A DNA stretch of 63,773 nt, filler included, from Lenisia limosa (GCA_001655205.1; 12 parts of 12 records of this genome joined end to end with filler, not necessarily neighbours in it); one strand, 5' to 3'. Counted from the whole stretch's first letter, positions 12,001 to 24,449 are shown. The notes: a model not told the origin generated them from the sequence alone. Made by a program: numbers and translations.

Positions 12001-12781
12001 ACTGTGAAAAGGATAATTTTGGTGATGGTCTGCCCCAAAAAGCAATCAAATTATCTACGTGACGAAGAGATCTTATTGTTAAGTGATATCTTAGAGTTAC
12101 AAAAAAAATTGAATCACTATAATGCTAAATTCACCAAAAAAAAAAAAAATCGAGAAAGGGTTATCATATCAGAGTTAGCAATCTTATTTTAATATATAAG
12201 TCACCTTTATCAACCTTTATTGGTGTGGAAATAGAGATCGAGAATGGTATTTTTTAAATAAGTTAACGGAATTCCTCTCAGCACTTCAAGATGTGGATTT
12301 GGAATGACCATCACATTCATTCTGCTATTGTCATCGTTTCCTACCGCCCCGTTCATATGACGTTTATCAGATCCACCAACATAAGTCACCCAGTCCTTGA
12401 GCTTCTTCCGGTCCGATGCATGAAAGAGGGTCGTGAATGGCCACCTAGGAATTTGATGTCCAATCTAAACAACAAGAAAAAGATAAATTTCTTTTGCTCA
12501 CAAACTGTTTATTTTTTAATTACTAGTACAAAAACAGAATAACCTTTTCGTAAGCGTTTCTATTGTACCGCTGTCACAAACCGTTGATGATGAGTGTCGT
12601 TTGAAGAGGGATGGAATTGCTCGTGAGCCTCTTGTAAGAAACGGCCAAATCTACTAGGGGTAAATAGTCACGCTTATAAGAGATATTGGCCCGTATAGGC
12701 AACGGTGTTACGGCTCACCTTTGGAAGGGACACGACAGCTCGGCTCATGAGACTAGCCACAGCCACTCCCGATGGCCTCAT
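9040..12781 (-). CDS. Hypothetical multi-exon protein with a possible mitochondrial targeting sequence
   Basis: ATG at 12781 gives MRPSGVAVASLMSRAVVSLPK|gtgag. Later exons include WPFTTLFHASDRKKLKDWVTYVGG, DYFRVPLAFSLTINDLDDRVGHF, IKPPDLIIRGSEEVPRAVEFIERLVRQHYAYEMAG, NFEADPLEEYKKDPRDVALWTQGK, VLKDLNGWLDLDQPFHLTPDD. Could be two genes. Confidence 0.5.
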
Positions 12782-13132
12782 TTTGAGCTTGTGTCGAAAG
12801 TGGATTCAGAGTCAATAAGGTACGAGGATATCTTGAGCAACGCCCCCCATATGCTATATGCTCTGTGGTTGTATATGTATGATATTGGGGTATTTTGTTG
12901 AATGTGTGCCTGGTTGTTTTTATAAATTAAAAGTAATGTTATAAAGTAAGATGGAATTACTGTGTAATAAATGAAAACAAAAAAACAAGGAGGAGGAAGG
13001 GGTTTGATCTGGGATCAGGATTGGGAAACATTTATTATTTTTTTTATTTCCCACTCACATTTCCTCCAGCTCATTTCAATCTTTTAGGATATTGACAAAC
13101 GCTTATAGTGAACATTGTTCGGGCCTTCCGCA

Positions 13133-16100
13133 ATGACAGACGAAACGGGCAGCTCAACTGTGGACAATGGCCAGGTTGAGGTCATCGAGGACAAGCAGGA
13201 TGACGTGAAGGAGGAAGAGAAGGTGGAAGAGAAGGTGGAAAAAGAAGAAGAGAAGAAGGAAGAGATGAAGGAAGAGAAGAAGGAAGAGATGAAGGAAGGG
13301 GAGGAGGCCAAGGAAGAGGAGAATAAGGAGGGTGAAGGAAAGGTTGAAGAGAGTGATGTGCCTAAGAGAGATAATGAGGATAAACTTGCCTCAAGTGAAC
13401 ATAAAGGTAACGATGTCTCTGATAAGAACCAAGAAGAAGAAGAAGAGCCTGCAAAAGTACGAGTTTTTGGGGAATTTAGTTTTTAGCTCTCATCTCAGGA
13501 CCCTTCTCTTGATATACAGTGTGATTATTACCGATTAGGACTCAAAAGATGCAACTGAAGCACTTAAAACCAAGCTGAAGGAAGCCACTGCCAAGAATGA
13601 GGTTGGGGGCGACAACTGCTCTAACCATCTTCCTTCCTGACCTGGTACTGACCCAAAAAATGTACATTAGGCAGTTCCAATAAATTAATTGAGTTGATGG
13701 TAGATGAGTGCAAAGATAAAAGAGGTGGACGCTCGGCAGCTAAACACTGACAGTACAGTTTTTCACTTTCTCCTTATTGAATATTAGGAGTTGACTTGCT
13801 TTGTATCGCAGTTTTTTTATGATATGTTGAATTCTTTGCGTTTGAGAAATGGAAAATATCTTCTTTTCAAATGACAAAGGGAAATCGTTTCAAGAGTCTT
13901 GTTGTTTATTATTCTATATCACCTTGATGTCTGCCTCATTGGCAAGCTGCATTCCTAAATTACATCACAGGCTCTCGAGATAGAAAAGAAGAACGCCCAT
14001 GAGAGTGCAGAAGCAATGAGAAAAGAAATGGAAAAGGTTGGGACGGATTGTTTTGTTGCCGTTTTGTATAATTAGTTATTTCGTTCTCAGAGTATATTAT
14101 TATCTGTACCTACAATATATATATGCATATGATATAATATTATACATCATACTATATATAATACTTACACAGTATTACATGCGCTGAGAAACACGAGAAA
14201 TATTTTCGGGACATATAGCTAGTACATATATGCTTTGAGCGACTGATAACTTAGGACCAAGCTGAGAAGATCTCCCAAAAGGATAGTGAAATTTCCTCTT
14301 TGGAGCAAAAGCTGAAGGAACTTAAGGAGTCACATAGTGTAGCAATGGATAGCCAGAAGAAGGAAGCCGAAGAAACTCTCGAAAAGGCCAAGAATGAGCA
14401 CTTATCAGGAGTTGAGGAACTGGAGAAGAAGCACAAGGGGGAGACAGCCAAGATGACTGAGGTTCGCAGCAGCAGCCTCTAATGCTGCTGATTTAGTGGA
14501 TTATTATTAGCCTAACCTGACTATTTTCAGGAGCACACCGCGGCCCTAAGCACCATACAAGGCGAAATGGACAGTCACAAGGAAAAGAGCAGAGAGAGTT
14601 CGGCTGTATGCGAGGTTGTTCATTGCCAGTCATTTGGGCTTCCCTTCTGACCCAAAAAAAAATAATAAATTCTCGATAAATATTGATATTTTGACGGTCT
14701 TTTTCGGACCGTGGGGAAGCCGTCCTAGTCATCATAGTGAATAAAACAGTTTTCCCTTATAGAAAAAAGCGGTGGCATTTATAGAAATAGAAGAAGTGGC
14801 ATATTTGATTTCTATCTCATACACCAGGGTCAAGACCAAGTGATTGCAGGGCTGCAGAAAGACCTTGAAACCGAACGTTCTCGGGCTTCTGCCCTCACTA
14901 ACGACAAAGAAGTGGGAGGGGGGGGGGGTAATTGGAAGAAANNNNNNNNNNNNNNNNNNNNNNNNNNNNNNNNNNNNNNNNNNNNNNNNNNNNNNNNNNN
15001 NNNNNNNNNNNNNNNNNNNNNNNNNNNNNNNNNNNNNNNNNNNNNNNNNNNNNNNNNNNNNNNNNNNNNNNNNNNNNNNNNNNNNNNNNNNNNNNNNNNN
15101 NNNNNNNNNNNNNNNNNNNNNNNNNNNNNNNNNNNNNNNNNNNNNNNNNNNNNNNNNNNNNNNNNNNNNNNNNNNNNNNNNNNNNNNNNNNNNNNNNNNN
15201 NNNNNNNNNNTTCTTTTTACGGGTAGTTTTTTTATATATATTTTTGAGATTGAGAATTATATCTTAGAATATTTTATCGATGTGTATATTACTCTGTATA
15301 TAGTATAGAGGCATTGGCATGAATTGATAGTTCAGATGCGCCGTGCCCATAGGGAGTCACTTTTGGCATTGAAGGCTGCGAGAGAAGCCTCGTCAGCCAA
15401 AATCCAGGTAAGCTGACCTGGTGCTGGTGGAGGGGATTGTCAGCTCCAAGAGTTTCACGGAGTATATAATCGGATGAATAGCATTTCCTATTTTCCTGAG
15501 AATTTTTGCCAACAGAATTGATATCTNNNNNNNNNNNNNNNNNNNNNNNNNNNNNNNNNNNNNNNNNNNNNNNNNNNNNNNNNNNNNNNNNNNNNNNNNN
15601 NNNNNNNNNNNNNNNNNNNNNNNNNNNNNNNNNNNNNNNNNNNNNNNNNNNNNNNNNNNNNNNNNNNNNNNNNNNNNNNNNNNNNNNNNNNNNNNNNNNN
15701 NNNNNNNNNNNNNNNNNNNNNNNNNNNNNNNNNNNNNNNNNNNNNNNNNNNNNNNNNNNNCAGACAGCGTTGGTGACGGAGGTGGCCGAAGTGTCGGCCC
15801 GGGTTGAGGCGAAGAGTGCTGAGGTTCTCGAAGCAAAGGGCCAGGCCGGGATGTGGAAGGCGAAGGTGGGGAGGGCTAATTTCAAATACGATGAGTCATC
15901 AGAATCAAGAATGAGTGAGAGAGGTTTTGCTACCATGTTAATTTTATTGGTGATATGATGACCATATTCTTATTCACAATTGTTTCATTCACTAACCCTT
16001 GCGTAGTACGAAGAAGCCCAAAAGACAATTGAATTGAAAGACGAGGAGTTGAAGAAGTGCCTTTCTGAGCTTGGAGAAACCAAGGGTGCTGTATGAGGAC

Positions 16101-18900
16101 ACTTTAAATATGAACTAGATCCTTTTTGACTTCTTCATATTACACATTGTATAACTTTTATATTTCTTTTTGTTACAACTTGGACAGAACATGCCTTTTA
16201 TTGATGCCCACCATTTACAATTCTCTGTCTATTATGAAAGGTTTAGAGTATGTGGTTGTCAAAAAGGATAACCAGTTCAAAGAAATTAATATCATATGAT
16301 ATTAGTATTATTATACAATATACCACATTGACGATCCATTAGACGGAGGAAATGCAGAAGGTATGTGGCCGACACTTCCAACGTACATCCACCGCCGAAG
16401 AGTTGGTCACCGAACATATGGTGAGAGGGGGGGTTTGCCGCCGGAAAACTATAGTATATTGAGTTTGCAATTGGCAAACCGCTAGCTTATTGCGTTTTTA
16501 ATTGGCAGTGTAGGCTTGGAAGTTATTAAATTGAGGGAGGGTTCTAATAGAGCCTGATGGGATGCGGTGTTGCAGAAGCGACTGGCCTTGGCTTTGTTTG
16601 TTTNNNNNNNNNNNNNNNNNNNNNNNNNNNNNNNNNNNNNNNNNNNNNNNNNNACTGTCCACTTTTACCCCCCCCCCCCCAAGGAGCGGATCACGGAATT
16701 GGAGAATGCGATAGCAGAGAAAGAGGCCGCTACGCTGGGCAGTGATCAGGCTGCTAATGACCAGAAGGACCTCATGAAGAACGTCGAGGTATGCGGAGTC
16801 GTTATATGAATTATAAAAGTATGGATGAATGTATACTGGGGAGGCACGCAGAAAACTGTGTGCGCAGGGTTTTAAGGCAAATGATTGGGTGATTAATATC
16901 TCGAAACTATACTCATACATTCTCCCAGATCCATAAATCACTGCCTAAAGATCATAAATTTGATTGACATTGTGTGTTCACATACCTTCACTCCTGAAAT
17001 GTGCACAAGAATATCATTTGGGTTATCTTCAGCTGCAAATACACTTAAATCCAATTATTGAGGTTAGTTTTCTGAGATTATTTAAGTTTTAAAAAACATT
17101 GTATAGGCAAAGGTATGCTAATACGAATTAAAAAAGAAGCCATATTATATTCTTCAAGTAATGGTTGAAAGTAAACCACCTGTCGTACCCAGAGTGGTTC
17201 ACCACCCCTTAATCGAAATTACGAAGAAACGACGGGCATTGAAAAGCCATTCACTACAACCCTAGACTATATGGAGTAGGGACTGAAGCATAATAGGGAA
17301 AGTGTATGTGCGCATTACTTCCGAGATTCTGGTCGATGCCCTCCTGAATCCCATACTCGTAAAGACACCACAACGCATGCCTCCTCTCCAAAACCCTCAC
17401 TGCTAAGCAAGCAATCCAATCAAACTAAACCCATTGTAAATACTGCTGTGAAAATAGCTGCCAACGAAAGACGATTTGCCCATGACGGAGAACTGCCCGA
17501 ATAATGTAATGGTGTCAGGTCACAGCCGTACGGAGAAGTACCGATCATACCAGCGCCAAAAAGGCGCAACACCTCCAACAATAACGCAGCAGACTACACT
17601 TATTACTTTATTGTATCGATATAACACAATATAACTCAATATTACACGCAAGTATCTTGGTCAAAATTTTCCATGTTGAAATTAATTTGTGGGTGAGCAA
17701 CCACTGCCGAATTATGGAGATATGCTGATTCGTTTTATGAAATATTATCTTTTTATGTTTTTTTTTTAATCGCCGCCCCCCCCCCCTCAAAAAAGAGGGC
17801 AACTAACTCAATACTTCTCTGATAGGGCAGTGTATTTGGCTGTACATGGGCGGTTCTCATAACCCAGGCGCAACTGAAGGAAGCCCTGGCAGCCCAAGAC
17901 GCTCTCAAACTGCAACATGAACAGGAGGTTGACCAAATCAAGCGGGCCCATGCTGAGAGCCTCAAACTGTGGGGAAATGGCGGCGGTATTATTGTCTGCT
18001 ATTAGAATGACTTCTCAATTATTAGGGCTCCGTGCAATTCATTAATTGCAAAATTGAAGTGTGACCTATTTTCATGGAATATCCATTTCAGACCCTTTAA
18101 TTTCAAATTTGTCAATTAATATCTTCAAAAAAATTAATTGCACTGAGTTATACCAATTATTGACATGGCAGGGCTGAGGAGAAGGCGGAGGAGCTGCGTT
18201 GTCTTGCTGAGAAGCAGAGGGCAGATTATCAAGCCCAGACCAGTAGCACAAATGACTCGATTGAGGTGCGGTGAAACTGTCATGATTTTGCCACTACAAT
18301 CACATGCATATTCAACTCGGGTTTATTGATTTTGTGGTCTATGAGAGAGGATACTTATTCCTTTTTTTGTGTCAGATATTCCTAGCAGGATCAAACCTAA
18401 GAATACCTTTGTATAAGCTCCCATTTCACCCCCCCCCCAGGAACTCCGAACTGACCTGATGTCGATGACAACAAAATGTGAAGAGCAGGCAACAGAAATG
18501 GAGAAATTAGCTGCTTCTATTGTTGGAGGGTTGTTTTAAATGATATTTAGAAATGAGAAACATAACAAGGTAAATGAGAAATGTAGTATCACAAGGGCTT
18601 CACTTCGGTTCGAAAAAGATAGGCAAAATATCGATAGTTTTCGAGTATTTATCGAGAAATTCAGTAATTTTTTTTGAACCGAAGTGAATCCCCAAGTCGC
18701 TAAGAGGTATTTGATTATGGAGTATTTATGGGAGGTAGAAGCACTGTGCTGGTCGATGTCAAGATGATTTAGTACCACAATTCGAACCTCATTGCTTAGG
18801 AAGTGTTAGAGGCTGAGGTAGCGAGCGGCCAAGGAACATTGGAGAAAAGAGACGAAACGCATATTCAGGAGATCCAGGGCTTGGAAGACACGTAGGGGAG
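13133..18900 (+). CDS. Long acidic coiled-coil protein (myosin-tail-like composition), 3' truncated at contig end
   Basis: MTDETGSSTVDNGQVEVIEDKQDDVKEEEKVEEK... followed by many mostly phase-0 heptad exons (DSKDATEALKTKLKEATAKNE; SSLEQKLKELKESHSVAMDSQKKEAEETLEK; ERITELENAIAEKEAA; AQLKEALAAQDALKLQHEQEVDQIKRAHAESLK; AEEKAEELRCLAEKQR). Confidence 0.8.
14636..14721. mobile_element. MITE family A, variant subfamily
   Basis: GGGCTTCCCTTCTGACCC ... GGACCGTGGGGAAGCC, with the same TCGATAAAT/GATATTTT core. Confidence 0.55.
18025..18149. mobile_element. MITE family F copy
   Basis: TA|GGGCTCCGTGCAATT ... AATTGCACTGAG; internal segment shared with 22828-22967 in the opposite orientation. Confidence 0.6.
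18595..18692. mobile_element. MITE family A, full copy with CAA on both flanks
   Basis: CAA|GGGCTTCACTTCGGTTCG ... GAACCGAAGTGAATCCC|CAA. Confidence 0.85.
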
Positions 18901-18997
18901 GGGGGTAAGGACTGCTGCTAAATCTCGGGGTTGTAGTCACTCTTTTCTATTTGATTATAACTAAGTCTCCCTACAGTATGAAAAAGACCATTATAAT

Positions 18998-19097
18998 NNN
19001 NNNNNNNNNNNNNNNNNNNNNNNNNNNNNNNNNNNNNNNNNTTAATTAATTAANNNNNNNNNNNNNNNNNNNNNNNNNNNNNNNNNNNNNNNNNNNN
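18998..19097. other. Artificial contig-joining spacer 1 of 11
   Basis: 44 N + TTAATTAATTAA + 44 N, giving stop codons in all six frames. Identical spacers at 24350-24449, 29816-29915, 31101-31200, 32361-32460, 38057-38156, 43648-43747, 45401-45500, 53680-53779, 57921-58020, 60999-61098. Confidence 0.97.
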
Positions 19098-21144
19098 AAA
19101 TCCCCCAACCATGATGGATATCCCAGTCAAAATCCCCCAACCATGATGGACATCCCAGTCAAATATGGCAACCTTCTGGGCCCCCGCATTCCGGGCCGCC
19201 TTGGCCGCAAGCGCAACGTTTGAAACAAAACAGAACCCCCTAGGAGTTTATTATTAATAGGAATTAATTCCTTAATATTCTTGAGAATTTAACCAGAAGA
19301 GTTTAGGCCCTAATTAGAGTCATCTTCCTGAAGAAAGGAGAAAACAAAGTAGCGCTTGTCCAATAATACACATGGTTACTCCAGGTACACGATGTTATCA
19401 TCAGTGCCTTAATTCAACCAATGTTAACAATGTTGTCAACAGTGGCTGAAGTCAACAACCCACATTGCGGCGTTTCTCTCAGCATGGTGTCCCGGAGGGC
19501 GTGAAAGTACAAAAGCGGAACTTAGCTTTCCTAAGATGTAAAATATGCTGTATACTTGCCTGACACATATCATATGTTAGATATGAGTAATATCAAGAAA
19601 GAACGTGGCTTATAATCCTTATAGCCCACCCTTCAACACCAGCTCTGCCGCTTCCGCTGAAGCGCCTGCTGACCTGAAGGGTAAACACAAGACCTCATGA
19701 CAGTATGATCGTTTTCTTTGTTTGTTTAAAAGAAGATTTAGGCACATCACAAATCCTATACAAACCAACTTTCTTATACACTCGCCAGTGGATGATGAGA
19801 CGAATGTGTCCTTTGTGAGTTTCTCCTGTAGCTCAGCAAGCGACTGAAATAATGAGAAATGCCAGAGAGAGGGGGGGTGGGAGTATAAAGAAGGAAATTT
19901 CAATGAAGAATATTGACGTCAAGGTACTAATCACGTTTTTTTATGTGTGTTTTTGTCAGCTGGTTTTTGTCGTTTTAGCGTTGGTTGCTTGTGTTTGTTA
20001 CTGCTTGTTTTTTGTTTTTTGTTTGGAGTTTCAGATTATTAAGAAGTTCAACTCAAACCCCCCTCCCGGCCACAAATAGATATTTGAATAGAACGCTCTC
20101 CTCCCCCACTTTGTCATCAGTAGCCTCGAAAATGGATTGCAGGAAGGCCACATGTTCCTCGGAGTGGCACTCCTTGACGAGTCTGCTTTTTTAAAAAAAA
20201 ACAAGAGAAATAATTACAGTGATCAAGATAATTCATGACCGATTTGCTATGGATTGCATTCATGAAAATCGGCTAGACTTATCCCTGTCACTGTACATTA
20301 GAAATCGAGTCTGCGCGGTCAGTGAAAAAGTGAAAAGACTGGTGTTGAGCTTTTAGGAGGGTTTCATAATGTCAGAATGAGTTGTTGCCCAAAAGCTATT
20401 CGTCCATATGCGTTCAAGCCCATGGGAAATATATCATAGTCGGCTCTTATTATACATCACTGTCCTCTCTTATTATACATCATATTCCGCTCTTATTTCA
20501 ATAACAAATAAAAAACCATCCAATGGTCCGTCAACTATGATTCAGCCTACTTCATGTCAACATCCTTAGGTGTTCGTAGCTCAAACTCAGGCAGTAGATC
20601 TGGCAAAAGTGAAATGATAATCGTAAGTATCATAGTATATCATAGTTCATAGAATATTAGAATAGAAGTCGTAACATCCTATCATTTTAGATAATCATAA
20701 TCTCCCCCCCCCCCCACTTTCAGTCTGAAGCTTCTTGTAGGATTCTTTTAATCTGAGGGGGTTTTCAGGGTGATTAGGCCCTCCTGTAAACGTAAAAGGA
20801 GCCCAAATAAAACGGATGCTGTGTTAGGGGAGCGAAGATAACAGCACGATGGGAATCATTTGAGTTCAAATATAGTGGCGCTCTTCCTAGTAACAAGCAT
20901 TTTTAGAAGCCAGAATTGGGGAATTAGAAAAATGAGCAGTCGTGTTGACGAAAGACAATGATGATGTATCGCCAATTCTCAAACGCTAGATTCTTCTTGG
21001 AAGTATACTAAAGTAAGAATAAAAACGCATCCTAATTTGATTGACAAGAGTTACGTTGAGCCACGCACCCAGAATGAACCAATCAAACATCCAACCTTGG
21101 TGCTCGAGGAATACTGGAGAGTAGAAAATCCCTGGCCTTGGCAT
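19098..21144 (-). CDS. Class II-type histone deacetylase (HDAC family), 3' truncated
   Basis: Spliced motifs MPRPGIFYSPVFLEHQ, GPNHPENPLRL, CHSEEHVAFL, DTFVSSST, SAGASAEAAELVLKG, RPPGHHAERNAAM|GFCFVSNVALAA, VAIFDWDVHHG. Confidence 0.9.
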
Positions 21145-21973
21145 CTATCGAGCAATCAAATCAAGTGTTAATGGGACGGAGGGGGGGGGGCTCTGGAAAG
21201 GATATAAATGGCATTGCAAACATCATAAACTCTTTTCAAAACCTTTTGAGATCTGAGATATGAAGGAATGCCCTTACCGTGGTCAACAAAAACAGGAACA
21301 CTACCTTTTGCAAGCAACATGAGCCCTCCCCTCGCCTTATGCTCTGCCTTTCCCAATATATGACTAACAACAACCAAAAACCCAAACTCACCTTCCCTCT
21401 TTTTGCTCCTCCTTAGCTCCTCAGAACTTGATGTGTGTGAAGTTGACTGTTAGGTTTCTTCACTATTTCTCTATCTATGCGTCTAAGTTATCTCGCTATC
21501 TTCTCATTTGGTCTATTTCCCCAGTTCAGAGAAAGATATACGCCAATGGTTTCTCCTGTTGTTTTTTTTTTTNNNNNNNNNNNNNNNNNNNNNNNNNNNN
21601 NNNNNNNNNNNNNNNNNNNNNNNNNNNNNNNNNNNNNNNNNNNNNNNNNNAGGTTGGAGATGTGGGTGCTGAATGATGGACGTGTCGCTGCCATAGCATT
21701 ATCAATATGAATTATGACATTCATCTGTCTGTAAAAGAAATATCAGCCGACGACCCTCAAATTTGGTAACATAATTCTATAAGATATGATATAGATAGAC
21801 ACAAAATAAAATAAACTTAAGCGACTCGATCAGGTCAGGGCGGCAGAGGAATACAGTCCAACTGATTCGTTAGAAGATCGCATAAAAAAGGCGGAAAACA
21901 AGCGGAATATATCTCAAGCTCAATAGTATAGCTTCTGTAGCCTCTTTACTTTGTTTGTACTATCCTTAATGAA

Positions 21974-22004
<31 letters not shown>

Positions 22005-22131
22005 CAAATCCCTCACTAACCTTGCACAGAGATATAAGATGAAGTGAAGCTGCCAATAGGAACGAACTGAAAAAGATTAGATTTCCTCAGTTTATTCACA
22101 CAAACATAGATATGTATTGATGATGCTCGTA

Positions 22132-22204
22132 GGGTTCACTTCGGTTCAACAAAGACCGTATTTCTGGATAAATCCTCGAAAACTATTTTTACCGAAGTGA
22201 AGAC
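22132..22204. mobile_element. MITE family A, deleted copy
   Basis: GGGTTCACTTCGGTTC ... ACCGAAGTGAAGAC. Confidence 0.7.
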
Positions 22205-22549
22205 AATACTGTGTGTGAAGCGTTGTCTACTGAACTTGGTGCACCCCTCAACAATACATCAAAAAAAAAAAAAACTATGTGCAGTCCGCCTACATGTAGA
22301 CTGGAAGCTGTGGTGGAACAAACGGCTGTACCATATGATCTGTTCATTGCATAAANNNNNNNNNNNNNNNNNNNNNNNNNNNNNNNNNNNNNNNNNNNNN
22401 NNNNNNNNNNNNNNNNNNNNNNNNNNNNNNNNNNNNNNNNNNNNNNNNNNNNNNNNNNNNNNNNNNNNNNNNNNNNNNNNNNNNNNNNNNNNNNNNNNNN
22501 NNNNNNNNNNNNNNNNNNNNNNNNNNNNNNNNNNNNNNNNNNNNAGGCC

Positions 22550-24349
22550 AGTGGTTTCTGCAGCAGCATCAATATGATATGGGAGGTGATGAAGTTTGTA
22601 TTAATTTTCCAAGGATTTTTTTTTTGGAAATTCAGTATTCCGTCAGAGATACCCCCCATACTTCCCCAGAAAGCAACTCCCCAATGCGTGGCCAGGAAGT
22701 GGTCACGCGACTGTCCCGCACCACAACCCGTGGCCAAGAAGGTCGTAATATCAACCTGGGGGGGGGGGTAAATAAAAACCTAAAAATGGACTCCGTTGAC
22801 TAAATGTTGTATATTTTATAATTGTTAGTACTCTGTGCAATTTTTGAGGAAATTATTTGATAAAATTTGAAATTAAATTGCCAGAAATTGAGTTTACATT
22901 ACAATATGTCGCACTTCATTTTGCAATTATTTTTTCAATTAATTGCAAAAATAATTGCACAGAGCCCTAGTAATTGTACATTTCAAAAATATATAAAAGT
23001 ATATACACTGTCAGGAATAAGCCTTGACCGGTTTCCTTGGGAAATCATATTATTAAATCGGTCAAGCCTTATTTATACCAAGTTGACAATCAATATGTAG
23101 TGAAGAAGCGACAATCTGGGCTTGGTTTGTTGTGCTTTTCAAACCCTGGTGTGTTCCGCAAATATTTACCCAGCAGGATTGATTTTTGGCTTGTTTCTCT
23201 TTCCATAATCCCCCCCCCCCCCCNNNNNNNNNNNNNNNNNNNNNNNNNNNNNNNNNNNNNNNNNNNNNNNNNNNNNNNNNNNNNNNNNNNNNNNNNNNNN
23301 NNNNNNNNNNNNATCCGGACATGAAGACCTTGCCAGTATCTAAATACGTGAGTAACAGATATTACTTCAAAAACAACTTCAAGGAGCATTGGCACGTGAG
23401 CATGTTAATGTGACTTATGGTATTCCTGTTTATTTATGTATTTCCTCAGGATTTAATGTATAAAAATTTTGAAATTTTAATACTCTTGCTCTCCAAAAAA
23501 TCATAATGGCATTTAACCTCCTGAACTAGTGATACTCAATCATAAGAAACAGAAAATTGAGAATGTTGAAAATCAAATCCCCACTTGTTTGTATGAAACA
23601 TCCTCCATGGGAACACTCCATATCAGATACAGTTCCCTGCATTCCATCAATGTCTTGGATCTGAGCAGTGACGAAGAGAATTCGCAAAATCAACTATTGC
23701 ACTATCCAACCAAGGTAGTATACTCTGTATTGCAGGGAATAGAGATAATAAATAAAAAATTGGGTAGTCACACCACGCATATCAGAGATATTGGATCTTG
23801 TGTAGTATTACTTCCTCCAATCATTTGCCTCCAACTCTATACAACTTTCTGAGTGCCTCCCCAGCAACAAGTATAAATTAAGAGACCAGGGGAAATGAAA
23901 AATAAGTGAGGAATATTCCTCAAAAATATTCTCTTCCGCCCAAAAATTCATATCTTAGAACAAAAACCAAAACGATTTCTTAGTCTTCTAAACACTAAAA
24001 ATCCTCATGACCCCTGCATGCCTTCAGGAAGCTTCTGGAGGTCGAGGAGATGGCAAGTGAATCTTTACCAACGGCATTGTTGGAGATTCCATATGCGTTT
24101 CCTTCCTCTGCAAAACGTTACTTTGGCAGCTTTAGGCAGGGAAGTTTTGAGAGATGAAATAGGCTAATTGCAAACAAAACAAAAACAAGACACAATAAAG
24201 GCAATTTATTATGTCAGCAAGGTAATAATGACTATTCGCCTTTCAAAAAACAAAAGAATTAGTCGTCCCACGTTAACCCAGAAAGAGGCTAACCGGTGAT
24301 ACAGAATCCATGACTGTGCTGAATAGCACACTTCTTCAACGTACCAGGC
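22550..24349 (-). CDS. RCC1-like / beta-propeller repeat protein fragment (5' truncated)
   Basis: Exons VEEVCYSAQSWILYH, EEGNAYGISNNAV, QGTVSDMECSHGGCFIQT, DTGKVFMSG, FLATGCGAGQSRDHFLATHWG resemble degenerate RCC1 repeats. Confidence 0.4.
22828..22967. mobile_element. MITE family F copy
   Basis: CTCTGTGCAATT ... AATTGCACAGAGCCC|TAG. Confidence 0.6.
23006..23090. mobile_element. Degenerate MITE family E copy
   Basis: TA|CACTGTCAGGAATAAGCCTTGACCGGTTTCCTTGGGAAATCAT ... ATCGGTCAAGCCTTATT. Confidence 0.55.
23104..23190 (+). repeat. Dispersed non-palindromic repeat, family B (representative copy)
   Basis: GAAGCGAC...CTGGGCTT(T/G)GTTTGTT...AACCCT(C/G)GTGTGTT...GATTGATT. Other copies at about 2365-2425(-), 16572-16603(+), 25426-25497(-), 37875-37945(-), 56530-56590(-), 57283-57302(+). 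Confidence 0.65.
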
Positions 24350-24449
24350 NNNNNNNNNNNNNNNNNNNNNNNNNNNNNNNNNNNNNNNNNNNNTTAATTA
24401 ATTAANNNNNNNNNNNNNNNNNNNNNNNNNNNNNNNNNNNNNNNNNNNN

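Noticed and set aside
13084-13311. Ser/Phe-rich minus-strand ORF
   Set aside because: It is the antisense of the Glu/Lys-rich first exon of the coiled-coil gene.
17165-17210. VVNHSGY (minus strand) as an ISXO2/Merlin transposase VNHS motif
   Set aside because: Only four residues match, stops lie nearby, and no DDE context or TIRs are present.
19042-19053. Recurrent TTAATTAATTAA as a regulatory motif
   Set aside because: It is always centred in exactly 44+44 N, so it is an artificial linker.
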